Part shown: positions 51,796 through 64,000 of the stretch, piece by piece
How positions within the stretch are numbered: position 1 is the stretch's first letter
Layout: each line of letters begins with the position of its first letter
NCBI RefSeq assembly: GCF_004010195.1
Contig: NC_057750.1
Location: 3,509,320-3,573,319, forward strand
DNA from: Chiloscyllium plagiosum
Taxonomy: Eukaryota
DNA length: 64,000 nt
Reading direction: 5' to 3'
Notes under the pieces: generated by a model
Told to the model about the DNA's origin: nothing
Seen by the model: only the letters and a program-made list of their open reading frames with translations
The model's database searches: none
Program-made: the position numbers and the translations under genes

Positions 51796-53075
51796 CTGGC
51801 ATTATTCCTGTAGACAATGATGATTTAAAGATCAATGCCAAAGGCTCGGCAATCTCCTTTCTGGCTTCCCAGGGGATCCTAGGATAAATCCTGTCCGGCC
51901 CAGGGGTCTTATCTATTTTCACACTCTGCAGGATTTCTAATACCTCTTCCTTGTGAACCTCAATCCCACCTAGTTTAGTGGCCTGTATCTCAGTATTCTC
52001 CTCAACAACATTGTTGTTTTCTAGAATGAATACTGTCGAAAAATATTCATTTAATTCTTCCCCTATGTCCTCTGACCCCACACACAACTTCCCATTACTA
52101 TCCTTGATTGGCCCTAATCTTACTCTCGTCATTGTTTTATTCCTTAAATAGCTATAGAAAGCCTTGGGGTTTATCCTGATCCTATCCACCAACAACTTCT
52201 CATGTCTCCTCCTGGCTCTTCTGAGCTCTGTCTTTAGGTCTTTCCTGGCTACCTTGTAACCAGCAAGTGCCCTAACTGAGCCTTCACATCTCATCCTAAC
52301 ATAAGCTTTCTTCTTCCTCTTGACCAGAGATCCCACTTCCTTCGTAAACCACGGCTCCCGCGCTCTACAGCTTCCTCCCTGCCTGACAGGTACATACTTA
52401 TCGAGGACACACAGTAGCTTTTCCTTGAATAAGCTCCGCATTTCTAATGTGCCTATCCCCTGCAGTTTCCTTCTCCATCCTATGCTTCCTAAATCTTGCC
52501 TAATTACATCGTAATTGCCTTTCCCCCAGCTGTAACTCTTGCCCAGTGGTATACACCTATCCCTTTCTATCACTAAAGTAAACATAACAGAATTGTGATC
52601 ACTATCACCAAAGTGCTCACCTACCTCCAAGTCTAACACCTGGCTGGGCTCATTACCCAGTACCAAATCTAATGTGGCTTCGCCCCTGTTGTCTACATAC
52701 TGTGTCAGGAAGCCCTCCTGCACACACTGGACAAAAACTGACCCATCTATAGTACTCGTACTATAGTGTTCCCAGTCAATATTTGGAAAGTTGAAGTCCG
52801 CCATGACAACTACCCTGTCTCTTTCACTCCTATCGAGAATCATCTTTGCTATCCTTTCCTCTACATCTCTGGAACTATTCAGAGACCTATAGAAAACTCC
52901 CAACAGGATGACCTCCCCTCTCCTGTTTCTAACCTCAACCCATACTACCTCAGTTGACGAGTCTCCAAACTGCAACTGTAATACTGTCCAAACTGCAACC
53001 TCCTTTCTGCAACTGTAATACTGTCCTTGACCAACAATGCCACACCTCCCCCTCTTTTACCATCTTCTCTGTTCT
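51796..53075 (-). mobile_element. CR1 ORF2 endonuclease-to-RT start, open for ~390 codons
   Basis: ORF 51701-52975: LGVFYR, ADFNFPNIDW, LDLVLGNE, GDSDHN, KTPGPDRIYPR. Confidence 0.95.
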
Positions 53076-55865
53076 TACCATGGGGTAAGTTTTACCCTCA
53101 ATTTGTAGTGGCTATCTCTGAACTGGGCTAATGACCCATACTATATTTCATGCCGTATGGTTAACATTTAATCTGATTTGCAATGGACTATTAAGCTACC
53201 AAGTTGTTCATGATATCTCGGAATATGCAGTAAATGTAACTTTGCCATGTTAACTCCACCTTGAAAGACAACTTGTAGAATTTAGATACAATTGGGAAAG
53301 GGGTGTACAAGATGAAGATAGGGACAAGAAAGATAGAGGTGGAGACAAAAGACAGGAGATGGGAACATTGGGGAGAGGCAGGGTTGGAAACGATAGGAAG
53401 AGGAAAAATTAGATATTGAGGCAGAGACTTAGAATGATAGGGAGAACAAGAGGCAAAGTAAGAGCTTGATTTATTTTAAATAAATAAAACTTTCTCACTC
53501 ACTTGCACCTTGCTAACACTACAGTATGAGTAAATGCTGAAAAAAGTAGTTGGAGAATGCCACTGCACAATGAACTTAATTTGCAATAGTTAAACATTTG
53601 GGTTAATTAATATTGACACATGCAACTGACATGTGGCAAGGGAAAATTGTGTAATCATAAAATCAATAATCCCTCCGGCAAGATAAAATTAAATAAAGGT
53701 TAAATTTAATATTTTTAATTGTTTTGTACAAATAAAAGGAAAAAGAAACACTACATTTAATTTGCACCTCAGACAACCTCCGGTGTCCTAAAACACTTTA
53801 CAGCTAATTAAATACTTTTGAAGTATGGCTATTGTTAGAGGTAGGAAACTGGGCAGCTAATCTGCAAAGAGCATGATCTCATGAACAGCAATATCACAAT
53901 GTAATCTGTTATAGTGATGTTAGTTGAGGGATAATTATTGGCAAAATTACCAAAAAGACTCCTCACTCTTTGCAAAACTGTCGTGGGATCTTTCTCATTC
54001 ACCTTTTAGGGCAAATAGAACCTTGGTTCAACATCTCATCTGAAAGGTAGCACCTTTGATAGCAGAGTGTGCCTTCAATACTGCACAAGGAATGTCAGTA
54101 TTGATTTTGTACTCAAGCCTTTGGAATGCAAAACTTGACTGGAGCTGAGAGTACTTTTACTGAGTCATGTCTAACACCTTTTCATTCGTTTAATCATAGT
54201 TTGAAACTAACAATTAGAAATATAGATGAAATAATGTCAACAAAGAAAAATTCTTTCCTTTGACATTATTTTCAAAACAGGTGTGTACTTGTTAAAGTCA
54301 GTGGAATTTCCAGATTTCAAATCCATTCTCTGAGGAATACAAGGTAGAAACTTCCTTGATTTTGTTTTCAGTTTTTCTTGTCAGTTATCAAAAGATTTAC
54401 AGAGAGCAGAGCTAAGTGATGTTGACCTGATTGAACCTGTCTCTCTTTGAGCTTTAATGGTACAAATCAAGCCTGAATAGTCTTGTTAGACCCAAAGAGC
54501 ATTCCTTTTCTTTTCAGCTTTCTCTTATACGCTCCTAAAAATGTTTGTTCTTGCTGAGTCCCACAGGTGCTTATGACTTTCTGGTACCGTGCCCAAGTAC
54601 CCATTTACCTAGCAGTAGCTTAGACCAGTTAGTTCAAGCAGGTTATTATATTGTGCAGGATAAGGCAAGCAAGTGCAATCCTGCCCTCACTGAATATCCA
54701 AAACATAGCCACTTCCCAGTGTAGCGATCAAAATTCCAGAAGAACATTTAATTTTTGTTGCCTCTGTTATTTATGCCATTCTAGGGTCTCCAGTACCTTT
54801 CTCAATTGAGGTTTACCAGTGATTGGTTATCTTTGAGCTGTAGACCAATTTTCATTCTTCAAAGCATTAACTGTGCTAACAAGCTTTAAATGAGAAGGTA
54901 TAAGAATAATATAAAGTTGTCATATTTTGTTTATTCTTACTTAACTAGAGATTAATTGCAGTTCATTGCCACCATCATTGTACTTCTAATAGCTGCATTA
55001 TGCCATATAAAACCGTCAAAAAATATATCTTGCAACTACTCCCTCCACTGAAACACACACACCTGCACACATATGCAAAAATGCATATTAAGTACACATA
55101 ATACATGTACTGCTTATATGCACAAACATACCTGAATGCACATGAATAGTTGCACACAAACACAGACAGTTCATAAAAGCATACAACCCCATATTGATGA
55201 ATGAATGAATGCATGCATATTATGGCCCCCACTCATAAATGCAGCTTAGTTAATGAATGAGAATTTTCACAAGATGCCAAATTGTTGCTCAGGATGTCCC
55301 CACAGTAATTAATGACAATAGTAATGATAATGTTTTTAATGTTTATAATAAGAAGACATTAGGCTTAGGGGTGTCCAATGTCAAGAAATCTTTGAAATGT
55401 GGTTAGCTAGGTCACTGGGATTAATTTACATTTTCCTGTCCTTTCCCCATAATCCTTGATTCCCCTACTGATTAAGAATCTTTTTTTATGTATATATTTA
55501 TATTGAAAATTTTTAAAAACTTTTTTACAAAACCACAAACCAAAAAAAGTTATAGATGTACAGAAAAATAGATAAAATATTGTACTATTATGTTATATCA
55601 CAGTAACATTGACATTAAACTGCCTACTATTCTTTAAGATACAATCGACTCATATTTACTTAAACCAAATTAGCGCAAACTCAAATAAAATAAAATAACA
55701 TTAAACTAAATTACAATCCACTAAACTTAAATTACACTACGTTGTACTATACTACATTACTCCACTTGCCACACCTCTATCAAGGCTCTCGTCCAGGGGA
55801 GCAACAGTTATTATACCGGTATTTACCAGCCCCCCACCCCCGACTGCTACATATGGCCCTCGTGA

Positions 55866-58800
55866 CTATATAAAGGCCCTAATCAGTACTGCTAACAGAT
55901 CCATGTCTATATAGTTTAGAAAGGACCACCTGTCTTATTAAATTGCTCCATTCCGTGGTGCACCATACTTGTCAGGTAATCCTGAGGGACATGCTCCATC
56001 ACAAGTCTGTACCACCCTGCAAGACCTGGAGGCTTTTCTGATGTCCAGTTCATTAGGATGCTGTCCCTTGCACAGTGCATAAGATTAACCTCTTCCCATG
56101 CTCACCCAAATAGGGAGGATTCCATAGCCCCAAAAGGAGAGGCACAGGATCCTCCCTAACTTCCATTCCCAGGATCCTCTCCAACTCATTCACAATGGGC
56201 CCCCAATATCCACGGAACTTGTAACAGGACTAAAATCAATGTGTAAGGGTGCCAATACTGTTTTTACACTTGGGACATTTCGGGAAGATCCTTTTTTAAA
56301 CATTTGCTAACCTCTCTGGCATCGTATGGGCTCTGTGGAGGATCTTCAATTGCACTGCTTATGCCTGATTGCATATTGAAATCTTCTTTACATTCCCCCA
56401 TATATCCTCCCACGTTTCCGATGAGATTTCTTCCCCTAACTCCTGATTCCAAATCTCACGGAGTCTCTCCATATCCCCCAGGGCATTCCCTCTCTGCAGA
56501 TGATATAAGGTACTAACTGAGAGAGCGCTCCCACATTGGAGCACTCTTTGTTCTATATCTGACCTGTAGGGCTGGGTCAAGAGCGTGGTCTTCTTCTATA
56601 TGTAATTCCTAACCTGGAAATATCGGAAAAAGTTTCTATTAAGGATTACATATTTCTGATCTAATTGGCTAAAGGACATCAAGATCTCTCCCTCAGATAG
56701 ATCTCCCAGACAGGAGATTCCTATACTCTCCCACGTTCTTAAGCCCACGTCCATTGACACCGGTCTAAATCCTGGGGTTCCCACTAACTGGGTGAACAAC
56801 GAAGTCTTATGCAAATTGCCCTCATCCTGCCGCATTATCCTCCATGCTTTTACCGTATTTATGATCATTGGACTTTCATAGTGTTCAACTACTGATCTCA
56901 TCTTCTCAATGAACAGTAAGTTTATGAGGGAAGATTTCACCTGTGAGACCTCTACATTAAGCCATATCGACTTCAAGTCATTATGCACCCATTCGCCTAC
57001 AAATGACAACTGGGTGCCTGTTTGATATGTCCTCAAATCTAGGAGGACCGTCCATCCCGCCTACACATGATATGGGTAGTCCTTCCCATCACTGCAAGTC
57101 CTGCTTTATCCTCTCAAACAGCAGCACAAAATTCACTCCGTACAGCTGCCGGAAGCAAGAGGTAATAAAAATTCCCAGAATAAGAAAACCTTTCTGTGAC
57201 CATCTAAAAGGAAACTCCATTCTGTCCTCCAGTTTCGGTACCTCCACCAACCCCATCATGGGCAAGATTTTCAATTTTGTGAAATTTATCTTGATCCTGA
57301 AAAGTTACTGAATAATTTAATTTTTTGTATTAGCCAGGCTATGGACTTTTCGGGTTTAGCTAAAAACAAAAGGACATCGTCTGCATAGAGAATGATTTTG
57401 TGTTGCCCACCTTCGGTGTCATTATTTCAGGGTCTTTTCAAATAGCCTCCACCAATGGTTCAAGTACCAAGGTAAATAGTAACGGCAACAGGGACATCCC
57501 TGTTGGCTGTCCTGCCCCACACCAAAATTGCTCTATTTAACCCCATTTTTAATAACAGCTGCCTTGGATCTTTATATAACACTGCCACCCACCTGGCGAA
57601 GGCCCCTCCCAAACCAAAATGATCTAGAACTGTAAAGGGATACAACCATTTCACCAGATCAAAAATCTTTTCTGCATCCAGGAAGACCACCAAACCCGGA
57701 ATCGATCTACGCTGACATATTTGCACTATATCCAACACCCGCCTGATATTATTGGAGGAGTTGCAGCCCTTGATAAAACCCATTTGGTCCTCTTTTATAA
57801 TAATGGGCAACACCTTCTGCAGGCTCAAAGCCAACATCTTTGATAGAATTTTAAAATCCACATTCAGCAACGAGATAGGTCTATATGATGCGCAGTTCTT
57901 GTTGTTTTTCCCTTTCTTTAAGATAAGGGAGTTATTAGCCTCCCTAAGAGAGAGCAGAAGACAGTCCCGGCTATATGAATGACTATGCATCCGCAGCAGG
58001 TGGGACAAGATTGGGTTGGGATATCTGGTCGGCATGGACGAGTTGGACCGAAGGGTCTGTTTCCATGCTGTACATCTCTATGACTCTAATTAACATGTGC
58101 ATGAACTCCTTGTAAAATTCACTCAGGGGTCCGTCTGGGCCACGTGCCTTGCCACCTTGGAGCTGCCTTACCACCTCCTGCATCTCCTGTACTGTCAGAG
58201 GTACATTTAAAAGGGAGGACTGATCTGCGTTTATACCAGGGAGGTCCAAGTTTTCAAAGAAGGATTTCACTCTTGCGTCTCTATCCCCACAGCTCTCCGA
58301 CCGGTATAACTCTGCATAGAACTCTTGGAATCTGACATTGATCTTTCTCAATTCATGAATGACGTTACCAGTTCTCTCCCTGACAGACACAATGGACTGT
58401 GGATCACTTTTCTTCCTAGCCAGGTAAGCCAGGTATCTTCCTGGTTTATCCCCATATTCAAACAACCTTTGCTTTGCAAAGGAGACCCCTCTCTTCACTT
58501 CATGTGTGAGCACTGAGTCCAGAGCAGCCCGGAGATCCATGACTCATTGCAATTTGACCACGGATGATCTGGTATAATATGCTGATTCAGCTGCCTTCAG
58601 CCAGGCCTCAAGCATCCGCCGCTGCTGTCCTCTCTGCCTCCTTCTCGTTGCCATGTATGAAATAATCATATCCCTAAAGAATGCTTTGGTGGTCTCCCAG
58701 AGCACTAATGGATTGCTGGCACTACCCCGATTGATGTCCCAAAAAGTCCTGATCTCCCTTGTAATATACTGTACAAAGATATCAGCCTTCAACAGAAATG

Positions 58801-59541
58801 GATCCATACGCCATTGCCGCGTGTCCACTCCACTGCCTTTGGCCTTAACATCCAAATATACTGCCGCATGGTCCAAGATAGTTATGCTGCCTATTATGCA
58901 GGCTAACACCATGTCCAAACAAACTGATGGATCAAAAAACATATCAGTTCCTGTGTGGCACTTGTGCGGGTTGGAGTAAAAGGTAAAGTGCCTCCCAGTC
59001 GGGTGGAGGCACCACCATACATCCATTAGCCCCAACTCTTCACACAAGTCCATTAACTGTCTAGACTGCCCAGGTAACCTGACAGTCCACTTCGCACTCG
59101 GTCTACCCAGGGTCCATGAGACAATTAAAGTCCTCCTCAACAATTGTATGGTGCACCCTAAGAGCCATTAATTTAGAGACTGCATAAATTAAAATTTGAC
59201 GATGTGCTGGAGATGTTCAGAATGCCGTACTCTTCTCTGTATATGAGCACCTCGAGAATGACGAACCATCCATACTCGCCCTTGATTAGGTCTGTCACCT
59301 GAAATCAGAGGTTCTTTTGTACCAATATAGCCACTCCACTGCTTTTGGAGTTAAAGGAGGAAAGGAAAACCCTATCGTATCCCCCCTGCTGTAACTTCAG
59401 ATGTTCCCTATCAGTCAACTGTGTCTCTTGCAACATGTCAACCCTTTCTTTCCTAAAATTCAAGAGCACCTTTTTCCTTTTAATGGGGGAATGGCTCCCC
59501 TTTACATTCCAGGTACATCACCTGAACAGATCGCTTGCCAT
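55866..59541 (-). pseudogene. L1 ORF2 (endonuclease-RT-CCHC), multiple stops and frameshifts
   Basis: TWNVKG..LQETQL, FTFYSNPH, GKARGPDG, YRPISLLNVDFKILSK, LDAEKIFD, LYADD, CPKC. Confidence 0.92.
57997..58087 (+). mobile_element. CR1 3' tail inserted in L1 ORF2
   Basis: ggcatggacgagttggaccgaagggtctgtttccatgctgtacatctctatgactcta. Confidence 0.85.
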
Positions 59542-60145
59542 GACCGCACACTACAGTCCACAGTCTCCCAAGAGGAAGAAGCCCATTCAATGTGCGACAA
59601 GTGGAGAAAAAACAAACTTTATCAAATCTAAAGACTATTCCTGCCAACACTACCAAAAGTACTAAAACTAAAAAAACTAACTTCTACTCCTAACTTAAAC
59701 AAAGAAACACAAAAAGCACAAATTCCCAGAGATCACACCCCCTCCCCCCTTGCCCATAAGGGGGCATTCAGTCCCAACCTCATAACCATCCTAACACCTT
59801 CCAGTTAAGACCATGCCCCAACCCAAGCAAGGAAAAAAAACATATTATTTACACTCCTACAAGTTAACAATGGAGGCCCACCCCTCCCCCTCTGCAACTC
59901 AACCCCACGCATCTTTACATCAAAGGAGTAACCACCCCTCACCCAGGAAAACAGAACAATAAAATAACTGATAACCTCCAAACAGATATAATATAAAACA
60001 TACCGGATTTAACCCCAAAGCAATACCAAGCTTATAAAGTCCAAGATTCCAAAAGGAAGAAGAACAAAGAGAGAGAAATTACAAAAAAAGTTATATTATG
60101 CTATTGCCCGTATGCCTCTTTTCCACCTTTCTCGTCGGCCAAATT

Positions 60146-60969
60146 CTAACATTTCAGCAAGTTCAAAAATTCTTTTACTTTTTCCACCGAGTCGAAGTTG
60201 TAGACAGTTCCCTCACAATTGAAACGTAGCACTGCTGGGTACCTCAGAGAGTATTGAATGTTTAAATCTCTTACCTTTTCTTTACATCATCAAAGGTCTT
60301 CATTTTCTTAACTATGGCCCCAGAAGTCATGAAAAAACATTATTTTCGAACCTTTACAAGCCAAAGCCTATGGATATCTTCCCAGTCTTCTGGCTGTTTC
60401 TATTATTAAGTGCTTTTCTTTGTAATGTTGGAGTTGCACTAGGACTGGGTGGGTGTGCTGGGCCGGCCCGGATCTGCGCATAGCGATCTGGTAAGCCCAC
60501 ACTCACTCAGCCCAACTCAATCTCCAGGCCCAGCAACTCCGGAAGCCAGCTCTCGCAGAAATCAGTGAGGTTTTCACCTTCTTCACGCTCAGGTAAGCCC
60601 AAGATCCGCAGATTCTTTTTGCCGACCTCGATTTTCGAGGTTGTCTACTTGTTCCTGCAGGGCCGAACCTGACCTTCTAAGGTTTGGACCGGCCCCTCGG
60701 AGCTCTCCGAGGCCGCAGTCCTCTGCTCCACTGCCTCCATATGCTGATCTCCTGCTCATGCTTTGTCAGCACGGTCGTAATTGGTTCCAACACTCCATCA
60801 ATTTTTTTTCACTGAGTTTTAGGAACTCCGTGAGTAAATGCTCTTGCTCCACTGAACTTAAGGAGCCCACCACGGGAGTTGAGGTAATGGCTGCGGGTAT
60901 GCCCGACATAGTAGGGGAGTGCCCTACCTGCTGCACTCCCCTAGCTCCCTTTCCCTTAGATTTCTTCAT
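60146..60969 (-). pseudogene. L1 ORF1 (frameshifted)
   Basis: MKKSKGKG..., LENRGR.KNLRILGLPE, YSLRYPAVLRF. Confidence 0.85.
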
Positions 60970-61147
60970 ACTAGCTTCAGATCTTCCAAATCCTAATTTA
61001 AAGGGGCTCTAGGTGCTTGACCTACTTTATGCTGCTAACTTTCCTCAGGGTTGACTAATGGGGGGAGGGTAGAAGCCCACCTTGCCTGGGACATGACACA
61101 GAGCCCAACACAGCGACTGTTCTGACTGCCGCCATTTTGAATCTCCC

Positions 61148-61470
61148 GATCAGGAATCTTTCTATCTCAACCTTTAAATATACACAAGGACTGTGCTCCC
61201 AAAGGTCTCTGTGTGTCACGGAGTTCCAAAGACTCACAACCCTCTGAGAGAAGAAATTCCTCCTCATTATCTCAGTGTGAAATAGGCACCTCTTTATTTT
61301 GTGACTATGCCCTCTGGTCCTAGACTCTCCTATTGGGGAAAACATCCTCTCAGCATTTACCCTGTGGAGCTCCTTAAAATCATATTTGAATGAGATTACT
61401 TATCATTTTTTGGAACTCCAGTGAGTGGAGTCCCAACATCTTTAGCTTTTGCTCATAAGATAATCCTTCC
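61148..61470 (-). mobile_element. CR1 3' fragment (continues at 55430-55480)
   Basis: GESRTRGHSHKIK..FFSQRVVSLWNS. Confidence 0.85.
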
Positions 61471-61813
61471 ATGTCTCTGAGTTAACCTTGAAAGTCAGAT
61501 CAGGATTCTCTGGCAGGTGCAGTTTGCTGGTTTCTTTATCAGGCCTCCATCTCAAGGTCCATTCACCAATATTACATTTCACACTCCATAGGCAGCAACC
61601 GCCTCCACCTTTTGACCAATAGAAGCCAATATTTGTGAAATAGCAGCATCACCACATCATTCTTATTAGACTAATTCGTAAAATACTTTACCATTGCGAT
61701 TTGGAGCTCACAGTCAACTTAAATTGCAATGCTCCTGCCAGGTTGCTCTATGCACAGAAACACATATTGGATACACTTGATGGTTCTTAGATTGCTTTGA
61801 TAGCAGTCACTCC

Positions 61814-63335
61814 TGTCATGTTGGTTGAATACTCACAACATCGAAGATTTGTCTTGCCTTTTAGTGCATCACCACTTCAACGAGAACTTACAGGGTCACA
61901 GCATCTTTGGCTTGACTTGTTTTTTGGCACAGACTGAAAGGTCAGAAGCTTGTCTTAATAACCAGTACTAATTAGTCAAGGGAGTGGACGTAGTATGTCA
62001 ATGTCACACTCAGAGCATGTGCCAACAACCTATGTGGCAAACACATCTGCATGTGCTCCACCAAACAGTCAATGTCTGAAATTCAAAAGAGAACAGTCCT
62101 TATTGGAGTAAAGTGGAGCTTTGTTGAGACCATCACTGCTTTTCTTTATTTTTCTCATTTTTGATTTGGAGCTGCGAGCCAAAGTTGAGAATTGAGCTTT
62201 AAACTTCAAGCAGAAGTTTGTTTTGGAAAGGGGGAAAGAGCAAACAAACGGATGTTTGTTAATGGGAACTGGCTTGGAAAGATAATTGCAGGTTAATCAT
62301 TGTTTTAAGAACATTGTGGACAATTTGGCACCAGGATGTGTTATCCTCAAGGACTGGCAGTTATTTAGATGTTGCATTGGTCAGTCAAGGGGAGGCCGAT
62401 GCTGGCCAGTAAACCACAGAGAACGTTGAAAAAGAAAGAGAAACAATCGATTGAACTTTTTGTAATTTACTGTGTTTTTGGGCAGAGGACTGTGTGCTTA
62501 GAAGCTGTTGGACTGGGAAGCTGTGTTTGAGTTTTATACTCTAGCTTTATATCCAGTTCAAGAATTATTGCATATTTTGGGAAAAACGAATTCTGGTTTA
62601 TAAAAAAAAAAGTGAATATGCCTTAGAATCTCTGGAAGCTGTTACATTGACTGATGACTTTGGACTGATGACTCCCCCCACCTTGTCTCAGTCAAATCCA
62701 TCGAATTCAGCACCGCCTTCCTAACCTGCAATCTTCTTCCTGACCTCTCCGCCCCCACCCCAGTCTGACCTATCACCCTCACCTTGACCTCTTTCCACCT
62801 ATCACATTTCCGACGCCCCTCCCCCAAGTCCCTCCTCCCTACCTTTTATCTTAGCCTGCTGGACAAACTTTCCTCATTCCTGAAGAAGGGCTTATGCCCG
62901 AAACGTCGATTCTCCTGTTCCCTGGATGCTGCCTGACCTGCTGCGCTTTTCCAGCAACACATTTTCAGCTCTGATGACTTTGGAGGTCAACCGAGATACA
63001 ATCCTATGTGGCTATAATACAACTTATCATTCAAAGAATTTAATTTATCTCTTAACTGCATTTGTCCCTTTGCATGAGTGGAATTACAATCAAAGAATAT
63101 TGATTTTATATTAGATAAACTTGATGTTTAGCTTTTCTTTGCTAAAAACACATATAATAATAAATAGTTAATTTTTGTTTGTTATAAATTTAGCATTTGA
63201 TATCTGTTATTCTTAAACTCTGGCCAAGAACAATTGGGCAATTTTAAGCGTCATTGTATGTTCAATTTCACTGTGCTGCAAATTCAGTGTTAGCATGTCT
63301 GATTTGGTCTGACTTGCTATCCCTGTGTCGTAACA
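61814..63335 (+). mobile_element. Possible large solo LTR (left boundary uncertain)
   Basis: Ends gtcgtaaca with AATAAA at about 63158. No TSD found. Confidence 0.3.
62665..62970 (+). mobile_element. Penelope-derived 3' fragment with intact hammerhead core and 14-bp TSD
   Basis: CTGAAGA-AGGGCTTATGCCC-GAAA-CGTC at 62880-62907. TSD ctgatgactttgga at 62651-62664 and 62971-62984. Confidence 0.88.
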
Positions 63336-64000
63336 GGCTACAGTCAGTCAGAGGTTGTTGCAACACTCAGTCAAAGGCATTGTCCTATCTCAGTACAGAG
63401 AGTTGGCCACAGTCAGCCAGGTTTTGGAGTGACCACAGTCTAATGATCTGTATCTTTGCAGTCTGCAATTGAACCACAGTCAGTCATACAGGTCAAAAAT
63501 AACCAGTTTGGGGATTGTATAGGTGAGTCATTTGAGGAGCTGTGGAGACATTAGGTTTGGGGCTATCCTCCCAAGTCAATCCTGGGGTTGTGCCACAGTC
63601 AATCCTTAGGGTTTAGACTGAAAATGTAAGAGGACTTCTCAGTGGCAGTCCATGCATTATAATGTAAAATGGGAAATGCATGTCTGGGAATGGGATGCAT
63701 GATGCTGCGATGCTGAGGGGATGATGACTCTGAAGGGAGACAACACCAATATATAGGGTAGGATATGATAAAGCATAGGAGGGCATGGAGTTCTGTGGGA
63801 TGGTGTTTTTAGAAGACACCATCACTCTGACTTCATTGGATAGACAGTGGATAGGTAAATTGGGCAAGACTGTCTGGTAAGCCAAGGGCTGAGGGGGAAT
63901 ATTGAGGAGATTAACTGTTAAATAAAAAGAGTTGGATAAGAACGTGATGAGCCTGAAAGTTAATGGTGCCGACAAGAACACAACATAAAACGATACATGA

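Larger units (their letters stand above)
55481..61147 (-). mobile_element. Full-length (~5.7 kb) decayed L1 retrotransposon
   Basis: 5' gggagattcaaaatggcggc, ORF1, ORF2 and A-rich tail. Near-TSD gattaagaatc / gatcaggaatc. It splits a CR1 fragment. Confidence 0.92.

Noticed and set aside
51701..52975. 424-aa ORF as a host gene
   Set aside because: It is CR1 ORF2 with a C-terminus read from antisense Penelope sequence.
63613..63981. 122-aa ORF as an exon or env gene
   Set aside because: No recognisable motif or clear splice context, so it cannot be supported.

Overview
Eukaryotic, AT-rich, repeat-saturated DNA with no recognisable host protein-coding exon, rRNA, true tRNA gene or CRISPR array. 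The repeat inventory points to a cartilaginous fish, probably a shark, and to an intergenic or intronic region (inference). That inventory includes HE1/V-SINEs, Deu-type SINEs, many CR1 LINE fragments, a second CR1/L2-group LINE, Rex/Babar, one full-length but decayed L1, Gypsy LTR elements, Penelope-like GIY-YIG elements and a Harbinger Myb remnant. The ORFs I can identify are transposon pieces or their antisense shadows. Four observations stand out. (1) At least 4 families of Penelope-associated repeats carry minimal hammerhead-ribozyme cores (CUGANGA-stem II-GAAA-palindrome-H), many as 90-300 bp TSD-flanked mini-elements, several of them palindromic. (2) A ~470 bp inverted duplication at 4214-4683 and 35124-35592 has reciprocal flanks suggesting a ~31 kb staggered-break inversion. 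(3) There are multi-level nested insertions with readable TSDs. (4) There are templated junction duplications. Family names come from motif recognition by eye, not database searches. Boundaries of old repeats are approximate.
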